A stretch of DNA of 62,407 bases, filler included, from Choristocarpus tenellus KU-1152 (taxonomy: Eukaryota > Protista > Phaeophyceae), in assembly GCA_964200185.2 (NCBI GenBank). It is 13 parts of 13 records of this genome, joined end to end, with 100 filler letters (N's around TTAATTAATTAA, not from the genome) between each part and the next. Parts side by side here need not be neighbours in the genome. Positions count along the whole stretch, not along the records: positions 48,081 to 53,234 come from CAXNAD020011687.1; positions 53,335 to 58,784 come from CAXNAD020010733.1; positions 58,885 to 62,407 come from CAXNAD020019469.1; 10 more parts are not named here. One strand, given 5' to 3'. Below are positions 51,001-62,407 of the stretch, piece by piece. Each line of letters opens with the position of its first letter. The stretch's first letter is position 1. Below the pieces are notes generated by a model. It worked only from the letters and a program-made list of their open reading frames with translations, was not told the origin of the DNA and did no database searches. The position numbers were made by a program, and so were the translations under genes.

Positions 51001-53234
51001 ACCCCGTATGCTGCCCAAGAAGGGGTCTTTCTTCTGCCTCTCTACTAGCTCCGGCACGTCCGATAAAGTAGCCATTGCTCTCTTGAGAGTGGGATGGTGT
51101 TGAACCACCTCACTCATTCGAACCATTCTGCCACTTTTCTTCTTGTTCTTCGGCCTTGGTGTGCTTGTGCGCCTTTCTTGTAAGGTGACTTTTCTTCTCC
51201 TGCTTTTCCTTTTATTTCTACCCTGTCTTTGGGGGTAGAGTCTAAAGGTTGCCAACCAAAAGTGTTCGTGGCATTAAACGGGGGGAGGAGTTGCTGCAGG
51301 GTGTGTGTCAGGTCTACACTGGGTGTTCTGTCTGGGGTCATCCAACCAGAGGGAGGGAGTTTATACACTGGCATGCTTTGACCCTGGGAACTACTGAGTA
51401 GTAACCAACCTCGAACGCCTAAGTCTAGATTATCAGGTCCTGTGTGGCCGTCTTGCAGGGCTGAAAATATTCCTAAGAGTGTGGCATCAACTGTTCCCTG
51501 AAGTAACATTTGTGCTACACCTAGACTCGGCTCATTATGTGAGGGGGAGGTGCACTCTAGTTCTGAATCTACCAGCGCACAGAGAGAGCAAGGAGACAGT
51601 GTGGGGTGATCTGAGCTTAGGTCTGATGTACCTAGATCCTGCAAACATACACCATCTAAGATAGGTCCTCGTGGTCCAGCGAAGTTCTTGCTACAAGCTA
51701 CTGATAGATCGTCAGGGAAAGAGTCATCGATATCCAAACCTGATCCTGTTGGTTAGGAGAGTCGTGAGAGTCCATCTGGTAGTTGGTGCTTCGATCCTAC
51801 TCGCCACTTGAGTTCCATATCGTGGTCCATAAGACGGAGGGCCCACCTTTGGAGCTTGGGGCTGAGTTCACGGCTCTTGAAGAGCCAAGTCAGTGCAGAG
51901 CAGTCAGTGATTAGGGTGAATTTTCTACCCCAAATGTAAGAGCGGAAGTGTTCTACAGCCCACAAGATGGCCACGTATTCCCTTTCAGTGGGTGCTCTCC
52001 TACTGTCTGTTTTAGACCATCTATGGCTAGCATATGCTATGACATGTTCTTGGTCATCATCTTGCACCTGGGTCAGGGTTGCTCTAGCCCCTTCCTCACT
52101 AGCATCTGCATGAAGGAGGAACGTTTTATCCCAGTCAGGAAAAACTAGGATTGGTGGAGAGACCAGACACACCTAAAGTTCTGCAAAGGCTTTCTGCTCC
52201 TCTGGTCCCCAAGGGACACTCTTCTTCCTCTCTCTTTTGGAAGCATACCCTTTGTTCCGGAGGATGTCAATCAGAGGTGCAGCTATTTGGCCATAGTTCG
52301 GAACAAACTGTCGCATGTATCCTGTCATGCCTAGGAAACTCCTTAACTGCTCAACTGTAGATGGGGGGTCAAGTCTTGCTACTGCTATCATTTTCGATGG
52401 AGCAGGGCTCAAGCCATCTCTACCTACCTTCATTCCTACAAATTCCTGTGAGGGCATGCACCACGAGGATTTGGGAAAGTTCACAGACAGACCGTATTGT
52501 TTGAATCTGGTAAGAAGGAGGTGAAGTTTGGTCATGTGTTCATCAAATGATGAGCTATAGCAAAAAAGATCGTCTAGCCAGTTTTCCACACCCTCTCCTT
52601 TGAGATCTCCTAATGCCTTTCTCATGTAGCTAGAGAATACTGCAGGTAAGATTTTCAACTCAAAGCCACACCTGTTATATTCCCAAAGTTGTCCATGAGC
52701 ATCACGGAAAGCTGTCTTATGTTTGTCTACCTCTGCTATTTCTAGTTGGAAGAACACCGACGCAAAATCTATGACAGTGAAATAGCTAGAACCTTTAAGC
52801 TTATCAAAGAGACAGATGATGTTTCCAAGACCTCCACTATCACTACGTGAGAGATCATTAAGCATCCTATAACCTGTGCATAACCTCAAGGTCCCATCTT
52901 TCTTACGTACTGCTGCTGCTGCTAGTAGAGGGTCTGATAATACCACGTTCCTGCAACTGCTTAACCTCTGCTTAAATCATCTGTGTTTCTTCAGGAGAAA
53001 AACGTCTTTGTTTCGCTGCATAGGGTGTGCAGTTCTCGTTTAATAGTGGTATATGTAATACTCCTCTGGAGCATGGGGGAACTCGTTTGGGATCTTCAGG
53101 GTATACTCCTAAACTTCTAAGTTCTTCCAACAATTCCACCAACTGTTTCTTCTGTCCTGGTGTCAGCTGTCCTATGTTGGCATCACTGAGGCTCACCGAT
53201 TGATGACGGATCCCCTCAGTTTCACCAGAAGGGG
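48081..53234 (-). mobile_element. Ty3/Gypsy LTR retrotransposon, decayed; pol plus 3' region, 5' part cut by a gap
   Basis: RT 52946-52173 (KKDGTLRLC, KTAF, WLDD), RNase H 52172-51753 (LHADAS, FTLITDCSAL), integrase ~50830-50122 (H..H..C..C finger, LEMD, RSDAGGEF), C-terminal tail 50121-49240. RT-RH-IN order; several in-frame stops and frameshifts; PPT-like GCTGGGGGGCA before TG. Confidence 0.95.
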
Positions 53235-53852
53235 NNNNNNNNNNNNNNNNNNNNNNNNNNNNNNNNNNNNNNNNNNNNTTAATTAATTAANNNNNNNNNN
53301 NNNNNNNNNNNNNNNNNNNNNNNNNNNNNNNNNNGGGGGGGGGGCGTACATTTGTGGATGGGATGGACATTGAACCCTATTGTCTATTGAAACAGAAGTT
53401 CGTGGTTTGTACTATTGAAACCTTTTTGGTGGGATCCGGGTTAGGGTTAGGGTTAGTGAAAGCAGTTGAATCGCGATCGGTTCGTTCAGTACAATTTTTT
53501 TTTACCAAGTTTAAAAAAGAATGAAAAGGGATAGCAACTATACAAGACAAACAAACAAAAAAGAGCCGATTTTTTAGAATAATATATTAAAGGAACAAAT
53601 AAGAATAATAAATAAGAGCGTTTTGAGACCGATGGACACGAGAAAAACAAAGGAACATAGTACTCATCAAATGACCAAAGAAAGGTATGGTAAACTATGA
53701 CCAAGAAAGGTACTCATCAAACGACCAAAGAAAGGTATGGTAAACTATGACCAAGAAAGGTACAAACTATGACCAAAGAACATGAAAAAATCGAACCCAA
53801 ATGGACAGCCCCCCCCCCCAGATACTTTGAGCCCTACCCTTCATTCTGTCAC

Positions 53853-56791
53853 CTCATCTGACCAATGAACCAGGGTCTGAAACGCCTTCGGAGGAGGTAG
53901 AAATTGGACATATCCCTCCGTGGATGATGCACTTCCAAGTTGTCTCTCCCACAGGAGCTTCAGGGCCAGCTTCACATACCAGGTTTGCCTGCAACAGGAT
54001 GGGGGGGGGGGGGGGACTCAATCTTGCTCTGTATAATAATGTTGCTGATACCAGGTAAGAACCACAGTGCAATACTGTAGCAAGAAAGGACTTGAAAAAG
54101 GGGCTGTGTACATTAATCTGCACTCATGTCTAATATCAGGGGGGGGGGAACTCGGCCTTGCTCTGTACACTAATGTTGCTGATACCAGGTAAGAACCATA
54201 GTACAATACTGTGGCAAGAAAGGGTTTGAAAAGGGGCTGTGTACATTAATCTGCACTCATGTCCAATATCCCAAACTTCTCATCAATCTACTAAGCCTCA
54301 GGATGCAAAGCAGTAGATAATATTGACTGAACCAAAAGCTACCCTAACCCTAACCCTAACCCTGTACAACCCCTTCACCGCCCTTAGTGGTCGCTAATGC
54401 TCAGCAGATTCCATGCACATCTTCTCAAGGCCGTTACTTAGGTTTAGGGTTAGGGTTAGGATTTAGCGTTACTTCACTTCTCACTTCTTAGGGTTTAGCG
54501 TTACTTCACTTCTCACTTCTTAGGGTTTAGCATTACTTCACTTCTCACTTCTTAGGGTTTAGCATTACTTCACTTCTCACTTCTTAGGGTTTAGCATTAC
54601 TTCACTTCTCACTTCTTAGGGTTTAGCACTACTTCACTTCTCACTTCTTAGGGTTTAGCATTACTTCACTTCTCACTTCTTAGGGTTTGGCATTACTTCT
54701 CACTTCTCACTTCTTCAGTCTAAAGGTTTGGCATTAATTGATTTAATTCACAAGCCCGCATCTAACAAAGCTCTACACTTCTTAGGGTTAGGGTTTGGCT
54801 TCCCAGGTCACGCTAGGGTATTATATGCAGTTGGGGCAGGGGCAAGCATCCGTGCCACATTGGATATTATTTTTTTTGTAATTATATTACAGTTATACTA
54901 CAGTTACATGTAACCAAAGGCCTTTGGGATGACGGTTCATATCTTAGAGGATTCTTACTCGGCAATTAATTTTACAAGTTTATTGGTATCATTACAGGAG
55001 CGTTACGGGAACGGTACTGGAACAGTAGCGCTCCAAGTGCTTCTTTTTTTATCCTTTTTTTCTGGAAAATACATCAGGGCTAAACCAAATCCCACAATAA
55101 AAATAAATAATAATAATAATAATATCGCTCTGCTATTTTCAACTATCTCTCTTTTCCCTCTTCCATACTGACAAGGGCAGAGTAGTCTTACGTGTGTACA
55201 GGACTGATCAGCACTAACCCTAACCCTAACCCTAACCCTAACCCTAACCCTAACCCATGAAAGAAGATGGAAATATCACCATCCTAGGGATTCGTATCTC
55301 GGCAGTAGAGATAGGAGCTATAAATGGCACCGGCATTATCACAGGTGACATGATAGAGGTACCTGGAAGGCAGTATACACACTGGCTCTACAAGGTTATG
55401 ATGCACACTGGCTCTACTGCAATTAAAATCTATGGAAGGCATGCACGCTAAGGAGAACCGACTACAGGAGAATTTGAACTGCCGTGCTGGCACGCTGGTT
55501 TTCAAAGAGCAAGCAGGAAGCTGTGAAAAATACTTCTTTGAAGGGGGCAGACTTAAGAGGTACTTCAACTTGAGGCCATGTGATTTAAAATAAGAATTAC
55601 ATGTACTAGTGGGTATACTACTTGTACAAATGAAAAATGTTGATAGACACGATGTGATATTTGTTCTTGAATGCCTATTAATATTTTTGAATATGTGCCA
55701 GCTGGCGTGAAAAACTACACTAACCCTAACCCTAACCCTAACCCTTTCAATACAAAAAAATAACTAATTATGGTGGGAGACCTCATGTCCAAAAGAATCC
55801 AAAAGCAAGTGGTGATATGCTTCTTGCATCACAAAAGGGAATTTCTGTCTTCTCTTTGCTGCTTTTGCCTTTGAAATCCTCCCCCACCTCCTTAGGCTTG
55901 GAGTCAATAAAGCACGAGTGGACTCAATATCTACATTCCCCTTGAACGGGTCGTTCAACTTCGCCAACTCTACAAACGCCCCCTTAGCTGAAGTTAAGTT
56001 TATACCAACCCACCTTTCCCAGAATTCTGGAGAGATCCAAGACTGGAACGGGCAAACCTCTCCAGCTAGCAGCGTTATGGCGGCTCCTCGTGGGAGGGTC
56101 ACCAAATCCTCTGATTTTGATGTTGCTTCCATTGCCTCCAGGCCGCTGGAGACTCACAGGGGTTGGCAATAAGGTTGAGAAGTTGGCGGAGTGACGACGA
56201 ACACTGCACAACGTCCCGTCATCCACGTATATGTGACAGAACTCATGATAGCAGCAGGCATCAACCTCACCGCAATTCACCAATCACGGGATCGGGGAAG
56301 ACAGCGTGCCTCAGCTTTGGGGCTCCTATTCCTGCCCTCTTTGCCCAGGTCTCAAACTGCCCCTCGACAACTGAAGATGAGGTCGCTTCAACCATGCGAA
56401 CCTGGTATTGGTATCATTACATGGCATCTTAAGAGTTGTGCTTGTTTGGGACAAGTGAAATAGGAGTATCGCAGGGTGGGGGAAAAAAAACTACTCACTC
56501 GATTTTGGTATTTCAGTGTGAAGTGCTAACATCTTGGTCATGTAAATTCTTGATGTCCCAGTATACCGTTGACCTCTCGTGAATACTCACCACGATCCCA
56601 TGAATGTGGTTGACCCTTGAGGCTCTCCTGAGGACCCTGTTCAAACTCAAAGACCGACACGAGAAACTCAAAGACCGACACGAGGTCGATCCTGCGGCAT
56701 GCCAGCCAAGCACTCCATAACCATGGAGCAAGGAACTCGCAACCAGGGCACCCAACGCTACTGCACGCCTATTCAGTACCTCAACCAACAT
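53853..56791 (-). CDS. Plastid-targeted Rubisco LSMT/SETD3-family protein lysine methyltransferase, 5' part; exons 56791-56591, 56401-56271, 56145-56014, 53988-53853
   Basis: Spliced product: signal plus S/R-rich transit peptide, then FETWAKRAGI...ELR|GLEAMEATSKSEDLVTLPRGAAI...CPF..WISPEFWER|QTWYVKLALKLLWERQLGSASSTEGYVQFLP...LVHWSDE. This is the typical LSMT-type SET N-terminal pattern. Confidence 0.85.
54001..54270. repeat. Tandem duplication, ~135 bp x2
   Basis: (G)n..ttgctctgta..taatgttgctgataccaggtaagaacca...gtacattaatctgcactcatgtc.aatatc occurs twice. Confidence 0.9.
54462..54712. repeat. 33-bp minisatellite containing TTAGGG, ~7.5 copies
   Basis: (tttagcattacttcacttctcacttcttagggt-like)n immediately after a (TTAGGG)n tract. 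Confidence 0.9.
55214..55256. repeat. Interstitial telomeric-type (CCCTAA)n tract (others at ~26744-26759, 27497-27512, 53438-53455, 54342-54364, 54438-54460, 55720-55745)
   Basis: About seven tandem CCCTAA units inside an intron. Confidence 0.9.
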
Positions 56792-57198
56792 GTCTCCAAC
56801 CTTGCCTTGTACACACCGAGAAATCAACCTACTATTAATCTATTCATTAGTCCAAACGATGAAATGTGGGAGACGCGGTGACCATAAACTTGAATATGAT
56901 TAATGAAAAAATACGAAAAAATACGAAAAATACGAAAATATACGATCATATCAGTATCCATTCGTTGTTTATACGGTATAGTTACATGAACTTTTCTCTG
57001 AAACGCCACATCACAGGTCGAGGGTTTTACCCAACGACCAACGACATCCAAGCGACAAAAAATGCGTAGAAGCAGGGTCTCCAAATGTAGCTGTGAGGAT
57101 GCGCTTGTGATCTTCCAGGCGGAAATGAGTTTTTACCCCTAGCGCCCAGCGGGCAAACCTTAGGCGGGTGGGTCAGGGGGGTGGTCAATTGAGGAGAC

Positions 57199-58421
57199 AT
57201 GGCGTTGAGCTTCCTCAAGGACAGGGATGAAAACACTCAAGGGGGAATGGCCCTTGCGGATTTCCAGCTAGGAACTTCGAACGGTCTTGCCACGGAGGCT
57301 GTGCTGGCGATATATCGGAAAGACCAGGCGACTCACCACGAGCAATCGATATCGTCAAACCTTACGCGAAGTCTACTTCGAAAGACCTTTCGGGAGACCG
57401 TCCTTGAGTCGTCCAAACAGGTTGTTCGGACCGCAACAATCGAGAGTCATTGCGCGTACCCAGGTTGATTCTCTCCTGCTTGTCCAGGCTTTCCAATTTT
57501 GTGATCGTGCTGGACTGGTAGACCTCTAACTTCACAGGACATTTTGGTGCATCCCAAGATGCTGCCGATAAAGAACTTTGTAGGCGTAGATCGACATGGT
57601 GAGCACAATGCCCAACTACACTACAACTAGTCTTAAGCACACCAAATAATGCATGATATGCTCTTTCTTTATCCAGGTCAAGCGAAAGTACAGCTATTCC
57701 GCCGTCAGCAGCGCCGTAGATTCCACAATGGATAAGTTCAACTCGAACATGTCTAAGCTTAAGAAGTTGCAGAAAGAGCGCCTCATTGTGGCAAGGCTGG
57801 GCTTCCCAGACAAGGCTATGGAGATAGACAAGATGATAGAGGCAATAAGAGCGGACCTCAAGGTGCTGGTAGTGCTTCACTATGGCTATTCTAATCTCCA
57901 TTCCTCAAAATCACAGCGATAAGAGATGGTAGAATATTATCCTCATCTATCAAAGATTGAAATCTCATCTGCATTGACCGCTAAAGAAATAGTCCAAGCA
58001 GTAATGTCTCAGTGATGGCACGAAGGACGATGGGTACAAACTGTCGAATATTGGGGAATAAGCACAACCACATCCATGTGTGTGTGTGTGTGTGTGTGTT
58101 ATCAGCCTGCAAAGAGCAGGAGATGTCCTTCTAATAACATCCCTATTTATAGTGAATAGTACCTGCTTGGTTGTGTGTTTCACAATCCTGCCTTTCCTAC
58201 CTCCAACATGAAATCTCGAATGTTGTCAATCTCACCGTTGTCCATCTCTCGATACCCTTGGGTTTCAACGATGAAAGGCGGAACGTGCACAGGAGGATGA
58301 GCGCATTTTGAGTAGGGCCTTGGAAAATTTCAGAGTGAAACAAGAGGAGAAAGTCAAGGCGCTAGAAACAACATTAAGACAGGACGAGCAAAAATTGAAG
58401 AAAGATTTTTCCAATGAACGG
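57199..58421 (+). CDS. Uncharacterised coiled-coil protein, first three exons 57199-57420, 57677-57862, 58278-58421 (partial)
   Basis: ATG start, three phase-0 GT-AG exons, charged helical sequence (MSKLKKLQKERLIVARLGFPDKAMEIDKMIEAIRADLK|AERAQEDERILSRALENFRVKQEEKVKALE). Confidence 0.7.
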
Positions 58422-58617
58422 GTAAGCTGGCATCCTTTCCGTGTCTCCTGTAATCCTTCCCATTTCTCATGCATGCATGCATACTAGCTGGAAACAGTGT
58501 GGTGCTTGCACTCAACTCAAATACTTTGGAGTAAGAAGAGACTTATCGTTCAGGAGGGGTGACTATCCCGCCACCATTGATGCATGCTGAAGTGCTTTGG
58601 CCCTTTGTAACTACTCA

Positions 58618-58784
58618 GGCTCAAAGTATTGGGGAGGAGGGGTTGGCGGCTGTCCATTCAGGGCCCGTTTTTTATATGTTGCAATCTTTGTTGTGATTTG
58701 GTTGCATACATATGTCGGATGGATAATGTTAGTGCGCTTCTCCTGGTCAGGGCTCGAATGGGCACCCTGGTGTAGATTTCGACA
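58618..58784. mobile_element. MITE family A, truncated by gap (other partial ends at 33650-33705, 44951-45017, 47892-47980, 53781-53833)
   Basis: GGCTCAAAGTATTGGGG start; interior homologous to 18657-18806. Confidence 0.75.
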
Positions 58785-59329
58785 NNNNNNNNNNNNNNNN
58801 NNNNNNNNNNNNNNNNNNNNNNNNNNNNTTAATTAATTAANNNNNNNNNNNNNNNNNNNNNNNNNNNNNNNNNNNNNNNNNNNNCCCACTCAAAAAGGGG
58901 CCCTTAACAAGTGCCGCAACATTTACAAAAAAAAACATATCGGTACTTTTTCCGCACCATTTTCAGTCAAACTCATCCTTAATAGTATAGTACGCTCCAT
59001 CCTCAATTTTTAAAATCCACTGTTAATTGCAGAAAAAGCTATTGCTGAATTATGGTTTCACTTCGTGTGTGGAAAGGGGGAAAAACAATTTTGCCAACAC
59101 TATTGTGGACATAAAGGAGTGAAATAGAGTGTATTACACAGGGTGAGAATGATGGCTTAGAATGTGCAAGGGTTCAAACCTACCCATATTTCCATTGGTT
59201 TGGCACACAACATGCCCTAAAAACCAAATAGAATATGCACATATGCCTGGCACGGTGTGAGACTAGGTCTCATTTCAACAAGCTTCCCACCAGAAACAAA
59301 ACTACTCTATGCACAATAAATTTTGGTTC

Positions 59330-60830
59330 AATTTCTGTCTCGCAGACCTCAATTGCCAAGAAAATTCATTTTGTACGAAATATCGCTCTGGGTTCAAAAG
59401 ATCCTCTTTTTACTTCAGCCTTGACCAGTTTGATCTTGAGATCAAGTCATAAACGAGGTTCTGCCATAGAGCACTTAACTGCACTCTTGCAAGCAACTAC
59501 AGTCCTTTTAAACCTGTCTACCGATCTCAGCAGTGACATAGGCATTATCACTTATAGTTCCTCCTGTTAGCCTGCTTGTAGACCTGATCCAAGGTGTGAA
59601 TGTACAATGTGACTGCAGACTGATTAGGGGGTCTTTAGCTCAGTCACGGCCAATCCAAACATGGTCCCTACCTTCATCAAATAAAATAATCTCGGTAGGT
59701 ACTCCGAATTTGGCAAGTACAATCCATAGAAGTTAACAGTCAAGAGAGGCGTGTACCCTCTGGAGATCAACAAAGCATATCATCAAGGATACATGATGTT
59801 TTTATCTTCAAGCTCCTGTAGCACACATTGGGTAAAACCATGTTCACTGCGGAGAGTAGAGGCCAAAAACGACGTTCCACATGTTGAATGTCCTTCTATT
59901 TTTATAGGTAGGCGCTGAAAAATCCTGAGACAACTTTGAGGATAATTTTTCCAGCGCATACGCCATCACTGAGATGCCTTGGTAGTCATCACAGATAGTG
60001 GTCCTTTTTTTTGGAGCACCTAAATGGCCGCATCTTTCCAAGCTCAAGGCACAAACTCCTGTTTCAACAGCGCCATCATAATTTTGTGGAAGCTTTCAAG
60101 GCTACTCTCATCCTCTTTGAGGTATAGTTTGAGGGATTCTGGAGTCATGGCACAAATTGCTTCTATCACTTGGTTTAGTTGAACCTCCTGCAAAATGTTC
60201 TCATTCATTGCCACTGGATATCTACTATGTCACTCACACACGCCAAGGTCATGGAGAGCATTTATTGTACCTTTCACACCTTTTGCAGCAGTCTTGATTT
60301 GAGCGAGGCCAAGATTCAAAGGTCACTGGAGGAAACTAGACTGTAGAGGGCAGAGTGTTGGAAGTGCTTCAACGTCCACAGAACAACTGATTGCACACGG
60401 TCCTCACAGAAAGAAAAGCCTAACGATGTTCTTCCTCTACAATATACTTCCAGCAGATTCATCACAATCGCACAGCTTCTACACTGTATCTTGTATCCTA
60501 GGAAAACTCGTCAACTCGCACAGGAAAGAGGGAAGGTGCAGTCGCACGGAGTTGAACCCTGTAAAAAAATTGAGCGATTCAATGCCAGGGGAGGGATCCA
60601 AGATACAAATAGTTCAATGTGTGAAGTACTGGAGTCTTTCAATCTAATCTTCCCTAATGTATGAAAACCCTGTTGATAATGCCTCATTGTCTGGCATGTG
60701 CATTGCTGCTGGTTCAACTGTCGGTTACCACCGACACAGGTATGCCAGTGAGCTAGCTACACCCAGACAGAGAAAGGAGCTCCAGTCTCAACAGTGCCTC
60801 CTGCGACAGTGAAAAGGGTGTCCACGTCTA
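59330..60830 (-). mobile_element. Non-LTR (LINE) retrotransposon ORF2 remnant
   Basis: Degenerate RT motifs CDDYQGISVMAYA (C.NYRGISL), CFVDLQ, LLWIVLAKFGVP and C-terminal GGTIS...TAEI / LDLKIKLVKAEV. Many stops and frameshifts; boundaries approximate. Confidence 0.8.
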
Positions 60831-62407
60831 CTGTAGTACTACTGTACTGTAGGGTTAGGATACCATGAATGGTGGTGTCCTGTGCTATCATACTGATCAA
60901 AAATTATTGGTATACTATAGTGTATTCTCATCATTTTCCAATCCACATTTAGTTGATTGTTGGGGCTTTCTTCTGGCTATGGACACAAAATGATGAAGTA
61001 TGCCTGTACTGTACTTTATTCATCACCAGTCAAAAGTGTAGAAGTTTCCCCCCACTTCCTCCCTCACCAGGAGTCATCTAAGGATTGATTGTTGATTCTG
61101 GATCGAGACGACAATCAATCCTCTCAAACGATCAAGTCCTTTTCTATGACCACATGATGAGTCACTCCCTTCAACCTAACCACAAAAGGTCGACCAGATA
61201 GTATGAAAGCAGCCATTGCATCTTGATTCTCCACTCTTTCTCAAAAGTCTCATTAATATGGACAGATCAACCAGTTCTGTGAAAAGAGAAATAACCACCT
61301 CTTTGAGAGCACTCTAGCCCTTCACTATGTAAAACCTCTCTACCGGAGAGCCGCCTGATACTTGGTGACCTCCACCTGCCCGCTAGCAGCAAATGATGTT
61401 GCGCCAGATACCAGCGACACAAGGTCTTTCTTCTTGAACTTTTTCCCTGAGGAAGGAAGGAAAGGAGGTATTCATCTTCGTCATAATATTTCAATACAAT
61501 AAATTGAACTATGAAGCAAAACTTCTGGTCAGTCTCATGCTTGGAGCAACTTACCTCACACAATTTGGAACACTTGTTACCTCCGCCAATTCAACACTTT
61601 GCGGGGGCAAATCCGACAACAGCAGCATAAATCCAAGTGACTTACCAATTGAAGATTCACAAAGCGGTCCTGACTATCCCAATTATTGTGAGATTTGAGG
61701 CAATACATCTCTCGGAAAGCAATTATTCCTCCACATTGTCCACATATTCAAACATAGAACCTATAGTACTGTTGTTTACTTCAGGCATTCCTTTAGTTGG
61801 CAGGAATTCAAAAGGGGAACAAAGGATAAAGATTTAGTGATGGCAATATGATACAATGTTTGACATTACATTGAAGCTACACTGAGCAAAGCAGTCATTG
61901 AAAGCTCCTACACGACCCATTTTTGATGAGGAATCTGATGATAACTATCAGGATATTGATTTATCTTGTGGAAGAAGCTCTTCAAAGCACTTATCCATGA
62001 CATATCACTTGGAAGGTCTTGGTTACCAATCCACTGTACCTGTCCACTGTTTCTCGATGATTTCAAGTACACCTTCTCAGTCGTAGATGCTGTGACAGAG
62101 TATGTATGGAGTGCGGAGACTGATCTGGTGCAGCCATAATCATGTCACCACAATTTACGGCATACAATGGTACACAGTCTGAGCGTCATGCACCCTGCAT
62201 ACTATAGCCCATAACTAATGCCTTAATAATATTCTGTTGAAGGCATTCTTTAGGTGTACAGTGACTGGATGCACACAGGTACAGGGCATAGGCCCGTTGG
62301 TATAACTTATGTTAAAAAGGGTGTGAGTCACGACTATGGTTGATGTCTATCAGTCACAATCCCCATTTCCCACATAGAAATTGCAGTATTTAAAAAAAAT
62401 ACACGCA

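Noticed and set aside
43751-56791. Functional cluster of two SET-like genes and a chromodomain retroelement
   Set aside because: They lie on different contigs joined by artificial linkers, so proximity is not evidence.
61345-61610. Minus-strand exons (KKFKKKDLVSLVSGATSF...)
   Set aside because: Frame is ambiguous and no homology is recognised.

Overview
Eukaryotic nuclear DNA, not a prokaryotic locus. The window is 13 short contigs joined by 12 artificial 100-nt linkers (N-run/TTAATTAATTAA/N-run), so adjacency across linkers is meaningless. Intron-rich genes, a bipartite plastid-targeting peptide and TTAGGG tracts suggest a photosynthetic stramenopile, brown-alga-like (inference). Spliced genes reconstructed by hand: PSMD13/Rpn9 (partial), a complete 8-exon GDP-sugar transporter with a GC-AG intron, a DA1-like last exon, an EF-hand protein, PPCS head-to-head with a DIPP-type Nudix hydrolase, and a plastid Rubisco-LSMT-type SET protein head-to-head with a coiled-coil gene. 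Mobile DNA: a decayed Ty3/Gypsy element with WLDD reverse transcriptase and chromo-like plus Tudor-like integrase tail, its fragments, a LINE remnant, and two MITE families sharing an AAAGTATCT terminal core. The most unusual item is a spliced, now disrupted gene at ~39595-44486. It appears to fuse a PHD-like finger, a beta-class N6A/N4C DNA-methyltransferase-like fold and a SET-like domain. All domain calls are by-eye motif recognition; no searches were run.
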